DNA of 64,000 bases from an uncultured delta proteobacterium (GTDB taxonomy: Bacteria > Desulfobacterota > Binatia > UBA9968), in the NCBI GenBank assembly GCA_963755715.1, contig CAVWLW010000064.1, positions 96,001 to 160,000 of the forward strand, read 5' to 3'. This document shows, piece after piece, positions 41,567 to 52,298 of the stretch (position 1 is its first letter; the number at the start of each line of letters is the position of its first letter). The position numbers were made by a program, and so were the translations under genes. The notes beneath the pieces are model-generated. The model did no database searches, had not been told where the DNA came from, and saw nothing but the letters and a program-made list of their open reading frames with translations.

Positions 41567-42274
41567 TTACGCGCCCTTGAGATGCTTCGCAAAGAAACCG
41601 AACGTCCTCGGCCACGAAGCGTTCGCCGCGTGTTCGCGGTAATTGCCCGAGCCGAAGTTGGCGAAGGCGTGAGCAGCATTGGGATAGGAATGAAATTCAT
41701 GCGCCTTGCCGAGACGAGTCAGCTCAGCATCGAGTTTCTTCATGTCCGCCGGCGAAGGATTCTTATCGTCTTCGCCGAAGTGACCCATAATCGGGCAGTG
41801 AATATTCTTCGTCCGCTCGAATGGCGATGGGCCATCGCCCCAGGCGTGGAATGGATCGCCACCGTAGTACATGACACCGGCTTTGATATCCGGATTCACC
41901 GCCGACATGAGATACACCGCGCGCCCGCCCATGCAGAATCCAACGATGCCGATCTGCGCAGGGTTCACAGACTTGTGCGACTGCAAATAGCCTACCGTCG
42001 CGTTAATATCGGCTATCACGGTTGAATCGGTCAACCTCATCCGCCGTGTCGGCGCATCGTCTTTACAGTCCGCCGGATCGCGATGATACAGATCCGGCGC
42101 TGCGGCAACGAACCCTTCCCGCGCAGCCATGTCGGAGAATTCGACAAAATCGTCGACGCCCGTCTGGCCTTGAACCACGACGATTGCGGGCGCTCGCGTG
42201 GAACTATCAGGCGCACTCACGTAGGTGCGCATGCTCGAACCGTCGAACCGGACATTTTCCCACGATGAACTCAT
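41567..42274 (-). CDS. Dienelactone hydrolase family protein
   Basis: APDLYHR, GFCMGG (Cys nucleophile), FGEDD and YPNAAHAF motifs. Confidence 0.92.
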   Translation of the reverse strand: MSSSWENVRFDGSSMRTYVSAPDSSTRAPAIVVVQGQTGVDDFVEFSDMAAREGFVAAAPDLYHRDPADCKDDAPTRRMRLTDSTVIADINATVGYLQSHKSVNPAQIGIVGFCMGGRAVYLMSAVNPDIKAGVMYYGGDPFHAWGDGPSPFERTKNIHCPIMGHFGEDDKNPSPADMKKLDAELTRLGKAHEFHSYPNAAHAFANFGSGNYREHAANASWPRTFGFFAKHLKGA

Positions 42275-42332
42275 GATACACCTCGGAAGCGTAAGGGCGC
42301 GGCCTACCGCCGCGCCTCGGGACACGCCAATG

Positions 42333-43364
42333 CTAGTTTCCCAGTACTTTCTTTAATCGTTCAATAACCTCCGGCCGCTGCGACATCATCTCTTTAGCCA
42401 TGGATTCCATCTCCTCGCCGGATGTGTACTCAGCGTCGAGCTTCTTGCTCTTCACTTCGTCCAAGAACGCGTTGTCCTTCAAAGTCTTCTGAAACGCTTC
42501 GCGAACGACCTTGACGAGTTCCGGGCGCATGCCTGGGGGACCCATGTACGGCCGCTGAAAGATTTCCGAAGCCGTCACCACCAGGGCCACCCGACGACCG
42601 ATTTCGGGAGTCTTATATTTTTCCATCAACTCATTGAGCGTTGTCACATCGGCAAGCCGGCTGTCTCTATTTTTTCCGAGCTGAATGATGGCGCGCACGA
42701 AATTGTTTTTACGCCAGGTATGAAACGGTTCGCGAGCGAAGAACGCCGTGACACTGAACGCCCGGCACTGAATCTCGCCGCGCTCCACCGCCAGGTCAAC
42801 TTCGTTACCGCCTTTGTATCCTGTGATGATGTTGAACTTCGCGCCGATGGTTTCCTCCAACAGCCGCGGCACCATGAATCCGGTGGTTCCGGTTCCGGTG
42901 GCGCCGCATTTGGGCGGCTCCTTGGCGCTGCGCACATCTTCCATGGTTTTGAAGGGAGCGTCGGTGCGCATGTAGAGCAGGTCCGTCGTGCGCGAAGCAT
43001 TGCCGAGCCAGGCGAACTTTGCCCAGTCGAATTTGATCTCAGGTCTGCCGATCAGTTGATCGACGTAAAGATTGGGGTTGGGAGCGAGCAAAGTCAGGCC
43101 GTCGGGTTTGGCGACGCTGTAGACGAAATTCGCCGCGACGATATGGCCTGCGCCGGTCATGTTCTGCACCACCAGGTTAGGATTGCCGGGAATATGCTTT
43201 CCCATATGCGCCGCGATCATGCGCGCGTAAATATCGAAGACGTCGCCGGTCTGGCTGCCGGTAATAATTGTAATCGTCTTGCCTTGATAATAAGGCGACT
43301 GCGCGGCGGCACGGCTGAGCGGCGCGAATAGAATGATCAATAGCAAAAGAAACGCTCTTTTCAT
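42333..43364 (-). CDS. Bug/TctC tripartite tricarboxylate transporter substrate-binding protein, orphan
   Basis: YYQGKTITII, HIPGNP...QNM.GAG, AKPDGLTL and GYKGG....LAVERGE motifs. Confidence 0.9.
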   Translation of the reverse strand: MKRAFLLLLIILFAPLSRAAAQSPYYQGKTITIITGSQTGDVFDIYARMIAAHMGKHIPGNPNLVVQNMTGAGHIVAANFVYSVAKPDGLTLLAPNPNLYVDQLIGRPEIKFDWAKFAWLGNASRTTDLLYMRTDAPFKTMEDVRSAKEPPKCGATGTGTTGFMVPRLLEETIGAKFNIITGYKGGNEVDLAVERGEIQCRAFSVTAFFAREPFHTWRKNNFVRAIIQLGKNRDSRLADVTTLNELMEKYKTPEIGRRVALVVTASEIFQRPYMGPPGMRPELVKVVREAFQKTLKDNAFLDEVKSKKLDAEYTSGEEMESMAKEMMSQRPEVIERLKKVLGN

Positions 43365-43441
43365 GTGCGATCCTCCAAACGAAGATAAGGACTCAGCAGA
43401 CTGTGCCCTTACGCGACTGGCATTATATTCCCCCAACTAGA

Positions 43442-44591
43442 CTAACCACGGCCTTGAAACACTTCGCCCGCTCGAATCGTCCATTTCGCCGCGATCCGCT
43501 GTTGATGCAGCTTTTCTCCGCCGACAGAATCGCGCAGCGTTACCGGATCGTCGAGAATTTGCAGCACGGCGATATCCGCTTCCCGTCCGACTTCCAGACT
43601 GCCGATGCGATCTTGCCAGCCGATCAGCGCGAGCGGCGTTGACCGTGCAGTTGGCGATGATCTGTTCGAGACTCAAACCCAGCGGCAAGAATTTCGTCAG
43701 CACCGTCGGCAAATCGCCGACGACGCCGAAACCGGGCTGCGCCAAGCGGCCGTGCAAGTCCGAGCTGATGACATCGGGCGATGATGCCTTCGCCCATCGC
43801 GCGCTCGACAAGATTGAAATCAAAGTGGCCGCCGGCATGGCCGACGTCGAAGATCACGCCGCGCTCTTTGGCTTTGCGCACCAGCGGCAAAAGTTTTCCC
43901 TTGTCGTCGATGATCGATGGCTTCTGCGGCGTGTAGCAATGCGTGATGATATCGCCGGGGCGCAACGTATCGGCGATCTCATCCATGCCGATGGCCGTGT
44001 CGCCGACGTGCACCATGATCGGCGTGCGCGTCGCCTCGCCGGCCTTGATCGCCAAGCGCAGCGCTTCTCGGCTGTTCTCGCCGATGGATTTCTTGTGCAG
44101 GCGCACTTTGATACCGACGCCGATGTCGCGGTTATTGCCGACGGTCTCGGCAGCGCCGTCGGAATCCGCGAAATCCGAGATTGAGCAACTCTCCGGGCGT
44201 CGTTCAAGACGCCGTGTTGCGCCAGAGCGATGAAGCCGAGCATCCGCGTCTTGGACTGATCGTAAACTAATTTGCGAAAGCCAAGAAAATTCACCGGCCC
44301 GGCGGAACCCGCATCCATCGTCGTTGTTACCCCGGTGGCGAGGCAGAGCGAATCGAGATTACAGCCATAAGGATTCACGCCCCAATAGCTGTGCACGTGG
44401 AAGTCGATCAAGCCCGGCGTGACATAGCAGCCCGCCACATCGATCACGCGCTTCGCCCCGCTGCGCGGCAGATCGGCTTGAATCGCCGCGACCCGATCGC
44501 CCGTGACCGCAACATCCAATTTCTGATTCAGCTTGGTCGCCGGATTGAGAACCGTGCCGCCGGTCAGAAGTAAATCAAACGCATCGCTCAC
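43442..44591 (-). CDS. Amidohydrolase/dihydroorotase-like metallohydrolase with 3-4 frameshifts (error or pseudogene)
   Basis: PGLIDFHVH, DAGSAG, GIKVR, MVHVG, THCY, FDVGH and ISSDLH are spread over frames, with shifts at about 44200, 44170, 43780 and 43630. Confidence 0.8.
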
Positions 44592-44712
44592 AGAAATGTC
44601 TGCGCTTTTCTGAAATCTGTCATTTCGAGGCGCAGCCGAGAAATCCTTCTCGACCTTGCTCGTCAGATCACACGGCAGACTCTGAACACGAACACGCTCA
44701 CGAACACGTCTC

Positions 44713-45750
44713 CTAATCCCCATCCAACCCATAAAACTTCGTGGGATTGTGGTAAAGAATCTTGTCGATCACCTTCGGATCGATATCACCGTTGTCTTTG
44801 AGCTTCGCCAACGCCAACAGTTCGCTGGCATTATCCGCATGGCCGTAGTCGGAACCGATCATCAAGCAATTTTCGCCCGCATACTGGAGCACGTAGGGCA
44901 GATCGTCGTCGGTCTGGCAGGCGACGAATAGTTGATCGCTGCCGCTCAGCACATCCGGCCGCGCTTCCTTGCCTTCCAGTTTTGGAAATCGCAAGTTCAG
45001 ATCATGCACCAAATACGGCACCCACTGCGCCGCGACTTCAATCGCGCCGATGCGCAGCTTGGGAAATTTTTCCGGGATGCCATTCAGAATCATGGAGTGA
45101 AAACCGCCGATGACGATCAGCTTGGCGACGCGGAACGGTTCGCCGCCGAGCATTTCATTGACGGTAAAGTTGCCGATGCCGGAGTGAATGCCGATCGGCA
45201 TGTTGAGCCGGCTCGCTTCTTCGTAGAGCGGAAAAAAATAGGGATCGTGCAGCGTATGGTTGGTTTCGATGCCGCGCATGAAGACCGCGCAAGCGCCGTT
45301 GCCGTGCGACCAGCGCAGCTCGTCGAGCGCTTGGTCCATCGTCATCAAAGGCAGCTGGACCGCCCAGCGCAGACGCTTTTTGTCCTTCGACCAGATATCC
45401 GCCATCCAGCGATTGTACGACCGGCAAAGCGCCAGCTCGATGCGCGGATTATCGGTAACCGGCCTTAGGAAAAGTGTCGGATAAAGCACTTGTACGCCGG
45501 TGCCGATGTCGTCCATGTGCTTCAAGCGCGAATCGATGTTCGCCATCTCGCGCGACTCTTTCGAAGTGTCTTGCCCGATATTATCGCGACCGCCGATCAA
45601 GCGCCCGCCGATGATCCAAAAATTTTGCGTCTTGCCCGTCGGCATGTCGACCGCGATCGCCACCGGCCGGTAGCGCTTATCGTCGCCTTCCAGGTAATCC
45701 CAAGTCTTCTCGCATTCGATCACGTGCGCGTCGGCATCGATCGTTAACAT
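44713..45750 (-). CDS. Amidohydrolase_2 family protein (ACMSD/LigW-like)
   Basis: IDADAHVIE, QVLYPT, CRSYNRWMAD, GIH and GSDYGH motifs. Confidence 0.9.
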   Translation of the reverse strand: MLTIDADAHVIECEKTWDYLEGDDKRYRPVAIAVDMPTGKTQNFWIIGGRLIGGRDNIGQDTSKESREMANIDSRLKHMDDIGTGVQVLYPTLFLRPVTDNPRIELALCRSYNRWMADIWSKDKKRLRWAVQLPLMTMDQALDELRWSHGNGACAVFMRGIETNHTLHDPYFFPLYEEASRLNMPIGIHSGIGNFTVNEMLGGEPFRVAKLIVIGGFHSMILNGIPEKFPKLRIGAIEVAAQWVPYLVHDLNLRFPKLEGKEARPDVLSGSDQLFVACQTDDDLPYVLQYAGENCLMIGSDYGHADNASELLALAKLKDNGDIDPKVIDKILYHNPTKFYGLDGD

Positions 45751-45790
45751 TTTTTTAACCTCCAAAACATCGAAACATTTTTTGTAACTT

Positions 45791-46811
45791 TTACAAAGCG
45801 TAGAGAGCGCGCGCGTTATCGTCGAGAATTTTATCGATCACGCGCGCGGCGATTTTACCTTCGTTGCGAATTTTGCGCAGTGCTTCGATCTCGCTGGCGT
45901 TGTCCGAGTGACCGTAATCGGTGCCGATGACGAGATTATCTTCACCGGCGTAGCCGAGAATGTAATCGAGATCGTCATCGGTCTGGCAGGTGACGTAAAC
46001 GCGTTTTTCTTTGAGCAGATTATCGCTCAACTGTTTGCCGCGCCGCGTGATGGCGCCGCGCCAGATCGTGGATCGCGTAGGGAATCCATTGCGCGCTGAC
46101 TTCGATAATGCCGATGCGCAATTTAGGGAACCTCTCGGGAATGCCGTCATTGACGAGCGAATGAAAAGCGCCCACCACGGCGAGCTTGAATTTGCAAAAT
46201 CCGGGCTCGTCGAGAAAAAAATCATGCGCCTCGATGCTGCCGTTCGCCGAGTGCACGCAAACGGGCAGGTCGAGCTTCGTCGCGGCGTCATACATCGGAT
46301 AAAAATAAGGATCGCTCAAGCGCCGATCCGCTTCCAAGCCTCTCAAGTACACGCCGCACGCGCCGTGCTCCTTGCCGAACTTGAGCTCATCGGCGACGCG
46401 ATCCATGTTAAGCAACGGCGGCACGACGACCCAGCGAAAACGGTCCGGCGCCTTGGCGACGATATCAGCCATCCAGCGGTTGTAGCTGCGGCAAATCGCA
46501 AGATCGACCTCGGCGCGGCGCGCCGTCGGAAAAATAAAAATCGTCGGATAGATCACCTGAATATCGATGCCGAGCTCGTCCATGTGCTTTAAGCGAATGC
46601 TCAGATCGCTCATGTCGCGGGCCGCTTCGGGAAGGTTTTTTTCGACGTTGCTGCGCGGCATCAATCTGCCGTCGATGTGCCAATAATTGATCGCCGGGTC
46701 GCCGCTCGCCGCGCCGACAATGCGCGGCCGATATTGCCGTTCGGATTCCAGCATGTAATCCCATGCCGATTCGCTCTCGATCACATGGGCATCGGCATCG
46801 ATGATTTTCAT
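45791..46811 (-). CDS. Amidohydrolase_2 family protein, tandem paralog (frameshift at about 46052)
   Basis: IDADAHVIE and CRSYNRWMAD, then GTDYGHSD...ILDDNARALY in the shifted frame. Confidence 0.88.
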
Positions 46812-46857
46812 GATCTCTTCCTCTGACTCACGCCTCGCGCCTCAAGCCTCTGCCTTT

Positions 46858-47598
46858 TCATCCTTCCCGCGCCAACTCATCGACCAGCCTGCCGTTTTCG
46901 TACGCGAAACACTTGCCGCTCTGATCCATCGGCAGTTGCGCGCACAGCACGAAGCCTTGTCCCAAGACCTCCGGTCCAGGCAAGCGCTTGAGCGCTTCCG
47001 CCGGCGCGGTTTCCGTCGCGATCGGTACCCGCGGCGAAAAAGTCACCACGCAAATGTTTGCATCGCGAACTTCTTCCGCAACGTAACGAGAAAAAGTGCG
47101 AATACCGTCTTTAGTGACCATGTACGTGCCGGCGCCGCCTGGTTTCACTCCGCCGCCGCCGTAAAGATTGATAATGTGGCCGGCCTTTTGCCTCGTCATG
47201 TGTGGAATCACATGTTTGGTGCCGAAGAACGTGCCGTAAAGATTGGTGTGCAGGACCCGATCCCAAAACTCCAACGGCATATCGGCGATCAGCGGCCAGC
47301 GCGGGATATTCCAGGCGAAATGCGGCACGATGGCGGCGTTGTTCATCATCACGTCGATCTGGCCGAAGCTATCAATCACTTCGTCGACCATCGCCTTAAC
47401 GCTGTCTTCATTGCGCACGTCGACATGGACGGCCAGAGTCTCGGTCGTATGCCCGATCTCCGCCGCTGTCTTTCGCGCCAAATCGTCATTGACGTCGGCA
47501 ATGACAATTTTGGCTTTCTCTTGCGCGAAAGTTTTCGCCGCGTGCTTGCCGATACCTTGCCCGCTTCCCGTAATAACGACAACTTTTCCTTGCAGCAC
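46858..47598 (-). CDS. SDR family NAD(P)-dependent oxidoreductase
   Basis: ITGSGQGIG, NNA and YMVTK (YxxxK) motifs. Confidence 0.92.
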   Translation of the reverse strand: MLQGKVVVITGSGQGIGKHAAKTFAQEKAKIVIADVNDDLARKTAAEIGHTTETLAVHVDVRNEDSVKAMVDEVIDSFGQIDVMMNNAAIVPHFAWNIPRWPLIADMPLEFWDRVLHTNLYGTFFGTKHVIPHMTRQKAGHIINLYGGGGVKPGGAGTYMVTKDGIRTFSRYVAEEVRDANICVVTFSPRVPIATETAPAEALKRLPGPEVLGQGFVLCAQLPMDQSGKCFAYENGRLVDELAREG

Positions 47599-47685
47599 GA
47601 TCTGACCTCCCAAAATGTGAGACAGTTCTATATGGAGCGATTATCGCAATCCAGAAATGGATTCAAACGTAGATATAATGGTCTC

Positions 47686-47757
47686 GTGTTTAGCGTCTTG
47701 GGACTGGCGTTGAGGGATTGATTAACCCTAGACCCCAGACTCTAAACCCTAGACGCG
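47686..47757. repeat. Inverted degenerate heptamer array
   Basis: GTTTAGC GTCTTGG GACTGGC GTTGAGG ... CCTAGAC CCCAGAC TCTAAAC CCTAGAC. Confidence 0.6.
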
Positions 47758-47769
47758 CCGGGCGCGCGC

Positions 47770-48777
47770 TCAGCGTTGCGCCGCGTAGAGCCGGTCGATA
47801 AAGCCGCTCTCATCGAGCTGGCGCACGAAACGCGGGTCGGCAAGATCCTCGACCTTGAGCGCGGCGATTTTCGGATTCTGTTGCGCCATCAAGCGCTGCG
47901 CCGCGCGCAGCCCGGCCAATGATGGGTAAGGTTTGCGGTTGAGCGTGAGCAGATGATCCTGGTAGCCCTCCTCGGCCGCGTGCGCATCGGTGAGCCGCAA
48001 TTGCTTCATTAAAATTTTCAGCGCCACCGGTTTATTGGCCGGCAACTGAACGAAGGCAAGGCCTTCAGTGAGAGCGCTGACGACTTTTTCAAGCGTCGCC
48101 GGCTGCTGGTCCAGATAGGCGCGCGTGACTCCCAATCCCAATCCCGGAAAGCTGGCGTCGGTCTTGGCGAGATCGACAAGCTGGGTGAATCCTTTGCTCG
48201 CCAGCCGCCGGCTGAGCGCCGGATCGAGCACCGCGGCGTCGATCCGTCCGGCTTCGAGCGCGTGCCCGATCGTCACCGGATCGCCGATCGGTAAGAACGA
48301 AATGTTGTCGCGCTTTGGCTCCAAGCCGAGTTCTTCTAACGCGAGCATCGCGTACATCCAGGTGCTACCGACGATGCTTTGCACGCCGAATCGCTTGCCT
48401 CGTAAATCGGCGGCCTTCTTGATTTGTGGGCTGGCGATCAGCTTCCAACTGACCCGGCTCGATATCGACGTCAACATTTTTACGTCGATGCCTTGCGCCG
48501 CGGCGCCAAGAACTGAAACGCCTGAGGTAAACGCCGCTTGAATCTCTCCGGTTAGCAGGCTGGCGACCAGCGTCGGACCGCCGCGAATCAAAATAAGCTG
48601 CGGATCGATGCCGTATTTCACAAAGAGGCGCTGTTCCTCGGCCACCCACAGGCTGAGCGCGCTGCTGCTGACCGACGCAACGCCGATGTTGATTCGCGCC
48701 GGCCCCGCCGCAGCGTTGGCAGCCGAGGACATCAAGCAAAGCAAGCTCATCAGCAACGAGCTGGCGAAATTATTCAT
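47770..48777 (-). CDS. NitT/TauT ABC substrate-binding protein, orphan
   Basis: Signal peptide; LWVAEEQRLFVKYGID, DLRGKRFGV and GRIDAAVL. Confidence 0.9.
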   Translation of the reverse strand: MNNFASSLLMSLLCLMSSAANAAAGPARINIGVASVSSSALSLWVAEEQRLFVKYGIDPQLILIRGGPTLVASLLTGEIQAAFTSGVSVLGAAAQGIDVKMLTSISSRVSWKLIASPQIKKAADLRGKRFGVQSIVGSTWMYAMLALEELGLEPKRDNISFLPIGDPVTIGHALEAGRIDAAVLDPALSRRLASKGFTQLVDLAKTDASFPGLGLGVTRAYLDQQPATLEKVVSALTEGLAFVQLPANKPVALKILMKQLRLTDAHAAEEGYQDHLLTLNRKPYPSLAGLRAAQRLMAQQNPKIAALKVEDLADPRFVRQLDESGFIDRLYAAQR

Positions 48778-48841
48778 CGGCAGCAGGAAAGATCAGGATC
48801 GATGATGGCAACGCGAAAAAAATTGGACTGCGTCGTTATTC

Positions 48842-49873
48842 TCACTCGCCCATGACTTTCTTCATCGCCGCGACGACATCGGCAGGCTGGCTCATCACTT
48901 CCTTCGCCAACACTTCGAGCTCGTCACCGTGAATCAGCTCAGGTTCCAGGCCCTGTTTCTTGGCATCGGCAATGAGCTCGGGGCTAGTGAGTCCTTTGGC
49001 ATAACCGGCGCGTAAAATCTTGGTTAGATCGGCCGGGGTTCCCGGAGCGGCGAACATCGGCGCCGAGCCGAATTCGCCCGAACCAAGCATCACTGTCACC
49101 AATCGCCGATTCAAATCGGACGTCTTGTATTGATCCATCAGCTCGCTGAGCAGCGGCGTATCGGGTATCCGGGGGTCGCGCTTCTTTCCCGCATACACCA
49201 AAGCCCGCACTTGGTTCTTGCTGCGCCAAGTGTGAAACGGCTCCCGTCCATAAAAAACCTGGATGGTGAAGGCGCGGCACTGCACTTCGCCGCGCTCGAC
49301 GGCGATTTCGATGTCCGCGCCGCCCTGGTACCCCGTAACGATTTGAAACTTCGCGCCGATGGCCTCTTCAAGCAATCTCGGCAGATAATAACCGGTATTG
49401 CCGGTGCCCGTTGCGCCGCACTTCGGCGGCACGCTCGCAGTGCGCACGTCATGAATCGTTTTGTAGGGAGTGTTTGCCCACATGTATAGGAGCGGGCTTG
49501 TTGGCGTCGTGCTGCCGACCCAGGTGATTTTCGACCAGTCGTATTGAACTTCTTTCTTTTTGAGGAGCTGTTCGAAGTAAAGTGCCGCGTTATTGACGCC
49601 AAGAGTCAAGCCATCGGGCTTCGCCACACTGTAAATGTAGTTGGTCGCCGTCATCGCGCCGGCGCCGGCCATGATTTGAACTATCGTTGCGGGGTTGCCG
49701 GGAATCTGTTTGGTCAGCTGCGGCGCGATCAGCCGCGCCCAGAGATCGTGGGCGCTGCCGGCCGGATAGCCGACGATGATGCGGATCGTCTTGCCCTGAA
49801 AGTAAGGAGTTTGGGCAAAAAGCTCTGCGGCCCAGAAAAAAATCAGTAGAAAGCCGATGCCGGTCTTTCTCAT
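48842..49873 (-). CDS. Bug/TctC family substrate-binding protein, orphan
   Basis: YFQGKTIRIIVGYPAG, IPGNP, AKPDGLTL and GYQGG...AVERGE; RBS GGAGG. Confidence 0.9.
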   Translation of the reverse strand: MRKTGIGFLLIFFWAAELFAQTPYFQGKTIRIIVGYPAGSAHDLWARLIAPQLTKQIPGNPATIVQIMAGAGAMTATNYIYSVAKPDGLTLGVNNAALYFEQLLKKKEVQYDWSKITWVGSTTPTSPLLYMWANTPYKTIHDVRTASVPPKCGATGTGNTGYYLPRLLEEAIGAKFQIVTGYQGGADIEIAVERGEVQCRAFTIQVFYGREPFHTWRSKNQVRALVYAGKKRDPRIPDTPLLSELMDQYKTSDLNRRLVTVMLGSGEFGSAPMFAAPGTPADLTKILRAGYAKGLTSPELIADAKKQGLEPELIHGDELEVLAKEVMSQPADVVAAMKKVMGE

Positions 49874-50201
49874 ATCGCCTCCATATAAATAAATCCGTTT
49901 GTGCGGATCCCTTGCCAAACCGTCGCCGCCTGGAACATAAGGCAGATCGAAATCGAAGGTCAAGAATAATCGTTTTCAATCGGCGCGAGAGCCGCTGACC
50001 ACTGCCCATGCCGCTCGGTTTCTCGATTTTACCTTGACAGGAACGATCGAGCCGTCGTTTAATCCGGGGCAAATGAAATGGCTAAGAGACAAGGTGACCT
50101 CGGGCGAGATTTTCGCGAGAGCTGTTCCGAAGTTCTTTTCTAGCTTTGCTTTGGCTTACGACCGGTTAGGAGAGGTGCGGTGGAGGAGAGGGGAAATCGG
50201 C

Positions 50202-50591
50202 ATGAAGTTCCGTCAAGTAAAGTCTTTTTCAGAACGCGCGAAGCCCAAAGACGGCTTCACTTTGGTCGAGATACTAGTCGTGATCGCCGTCATCGGTCTG
50301 CTCGCCGCGATCGCGATACCGCAGTTCATCCGCTATCGCAGCGAGGCGATTGACGCCGAGATGAAATCGGATCTACGAAATGCCTCGGTCGCCATCGAAG
50401 CTTATTATGCCAAGCAATCCGTGCTTCCGGCTTCACTCGCCGAGATCGCCGGGTATGGCTTTCAACCAAGCGGTGGCGTGACTGTATCCCTCGTCATCGT
50501 ATCGACCACTTCTTACACCCTCAATGCGGCCACGCCTGGCGGCACTCAGCCAAGCTTTACCTACGATAGCATCACCGGCTCGACTCACTAG
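50202..50591 (+). CDS. pilA: Type IVa pilin (short, Geobacter PilA-like N-domain)
   Basis: 18-aa leader, G/FTLVE cleavage site, LAAIAIPQF..YR...SDLRN; 111-aa mature chain without Cys. Confidence 0.85.
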   Translation: MKFRQVKSFSERAKPKDGFTLVEILVVIAVIGLLAAIAIPQFIRYRSEAIDAEMKSDLRNASVAIEAYYAKQSVLPASLAEIAGYGFQPSGGVTVSLVIVSTTSYTLNAATPGGTQPSFTYDSITGSTH

Positions 50592-50620
50592 GGGCTTAAT
50601 GAAACGCAAAGGGGCAAAGA

Positions 50621-50911
50621 ATGATCCACGAAATCATCACTCAACACGTCGCGCCGGACAAACGCGATGAATACATTCAAGTTTTTGGCGACATTTTAAA
50701 GAAAGCCAATTACCCCGGCTCCCATGCCATCAAGTTTTTCACCAGCATCGAAGATCCGAGCCGCGTGATTTTGATGATCGAATGGGACAGCGTCGAAGCC
50801 CACACCCAACACCGCGGCACACCGACCCACAACGCGATGCGAGAAGCGACGGCACGCTATCAAACCCAAAAGAGCGACGGCGGGCATTTTTTTCTGCATG
50901 AGGTTAAATAA
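50621..50911 (+). CDS. Antibiotic biosynthesis monooxygenase (ABM) family protein
   Basis: 96 aa with the SIEDPSR...IEWDSVEAH dimeric alpha/beta-barrel pattern. Confidence 0.8.
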   Translation: MIHEIITQHVAPDKRDEYIQVFGDILKKANYPGSHAIKFFTSIEDPSRVILMIEWDSVEAHTQHRGTPTHNAMREATARYQTQKSDGGHFFLHEVK

Positions 50912-50934
50912 GCATTCGGTGCTCGTGATCGCGA

Positions 50935-51073
50935 CTAGCAGGTCGCTGGAAAAAGGGTTCGGAATGCTTCGACGAGCTCAGCATGAACGGAACAACTCTA
51001 ACGATCTCAAAATATCTCCGTTCGTCCTGAGCTTCGTCGAAGGACTCCTAGAGGGTCTTCTGTAACCTGCTAG
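50935..51073. mobile_element. MITE-like element (139 bp)
   Basis: Terminal inverted repeats CTAGCAGGT...ACCTGCTAG; internal hairpin TTCGACGAGCTCAG..GAACGGA / TCCGTTC..CTGAGCTTCGTCGAA. Confidence 0.7.
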
Positions 51074-51101
51074 ATAAACTTCTCCGCAAGGGAGACTACG
51101 G

Positions 51102-52298
51102 ATGGACGCACAAGAAAACGAAACCATGACCCGCGTCGGACCGGGCACGCCGGCTGGGGAGACCCTCCGGCGCTATTGGCTACCTGTACTTTTTTCGGAC
51201 GAGATCAACTCGGAACAACCAAAAATTGTCCGCCGCCTCGCGGAAGACCTGTTACTGTTCCGGGACGAATTCGGCCGGGTCGGCTTGACCGAACCCACAT
51301 GCCCGCACCGCGGCACGTCGCTCGAATACGGCTGGATCGAAGCCGGCGGCATCCGTTGCTGCTATCATGGCTGGGTCTACGACGTGAATGGACGCTGCAT
51401 CGATCAGCCGGGCGAGCCCTCTGGAAGCAATTTCAAAGACAAGATCAAGCTCAAAGCCTACCCAACCCGAGAGCACGGCGGCATCGTCTGGGCCTATATG
51501 GGCCCCGGCGAACCGCCACCTTTTCCACGTTACGACTTTCTCGTCCGCGACGATGGCGAACGCACGCTCAATGGCTACCTGCGCGAGTGCAACTTCATGA
51601 ACCAGCTCGACAATTGTCTCGATCCGGTGCACGCCACCATCCTGCATGGCCGCGACGTGAACGGCGTGCGGCAGAATCCGGAACGTGCCGAAAGCCCCGA
51701 GTTCGAAGTGCTCGCCGACGACCTATTCGCCAGTTACGTGGCGCGCCGCCAGGGACCGGAACCGGGGAAAGAATGGCACCGCGAAGTCTCCTACACGCCG
51801 CCGATTCTCGTCGTCCACGACGGCGGCTCGCTTCCTGGCGACTCGAACGCATACTTTGCCGACGTCGCCTGGCGTATGCCTGTGGATGACTGCAATACCT
51901 ATTCGTTTATCTTGAAGTTTTATCCGTTCAAAGATGGCCAATCGACGATTCGGCCGGCGCGGAACTCGCCGAAGCCTCCGCCGCTCATGCGCGGCACGTA
52001 TTTGAAATTCGACATGACTACGGTCAACGGCCAGGACGCCGCGGCACAGATCGGCCAAGGCCGCATCGCTGACCGAACAGCGGAACATCTCGGCTTCTCG
52101 GACCGCGGCGTTATCCAAGTGCGCAAGCTCTGGTTGTCGGCAATCCAAGCGGTTCAGCGCGGCGACGACCCGCCCGGCATATTGCGCGACCTCCAAGACA
52201 ACGAAATGCTCCACTTCGACGTCGTTGGCTCCGGACGCCTGGTGAATAAGGGCGAGATGGTTGATCACCTGCCGCGTATTCTGCGCTATCGCAAATGA
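51102..52298 (+). CDS. Rieske non-heme iron oxygenase alpha subunit (phthalate 4,5-dioxygenase/VanA-like)
   Basis: TRVGPGTPAG..LRRYW, CPHRG...CCYHGW Rieske ligands, DPVHATILH and QD iron ligands, EHLGFSDRG. Confidence 0.92.
   Translation: MDAQENETMTRVGPGTPAGETLRRYWLPVLFSDEINSEQPKIVRRLAEDLLLFRDEFGRVGLTEPTCPHRGTSLEYGWIEAGGIRCCYHGWVYDVNGRCIDQPGEPSGSNFKDKIKLKAYPTREHGGIVWAYMGPGEPPPFPRYDFLVRDDGERTLNGYLRECNFMNQLDNCLDPVHATILHGRDVNGVRQNPERAESPEFEVLADDLFASYVARRQGPEPGKEWHREVSYTPPILVVHDGGSLPGDSNAYFADVAWRMPVDDCNTYSFILKFYPFKDGQSTIRPARNSPKPPPLMRGTYLKFDMTTVNGQDAAAQIGQGRIADRTAEHLGFSDRGVIQVRKLWLSAIQAVQRGDDPPGILRDLQDNEMLHFDVVGSGRLVNKGEMVDHLPRILRYRK

Noticed and set aside
43442-44591. Programmed frameshifting or phase variation in split genes
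   Set aside because: No slippery sites or repeat tracts at the junctions; shifts are scattered across unrelated genes, consistent with sequencing error.
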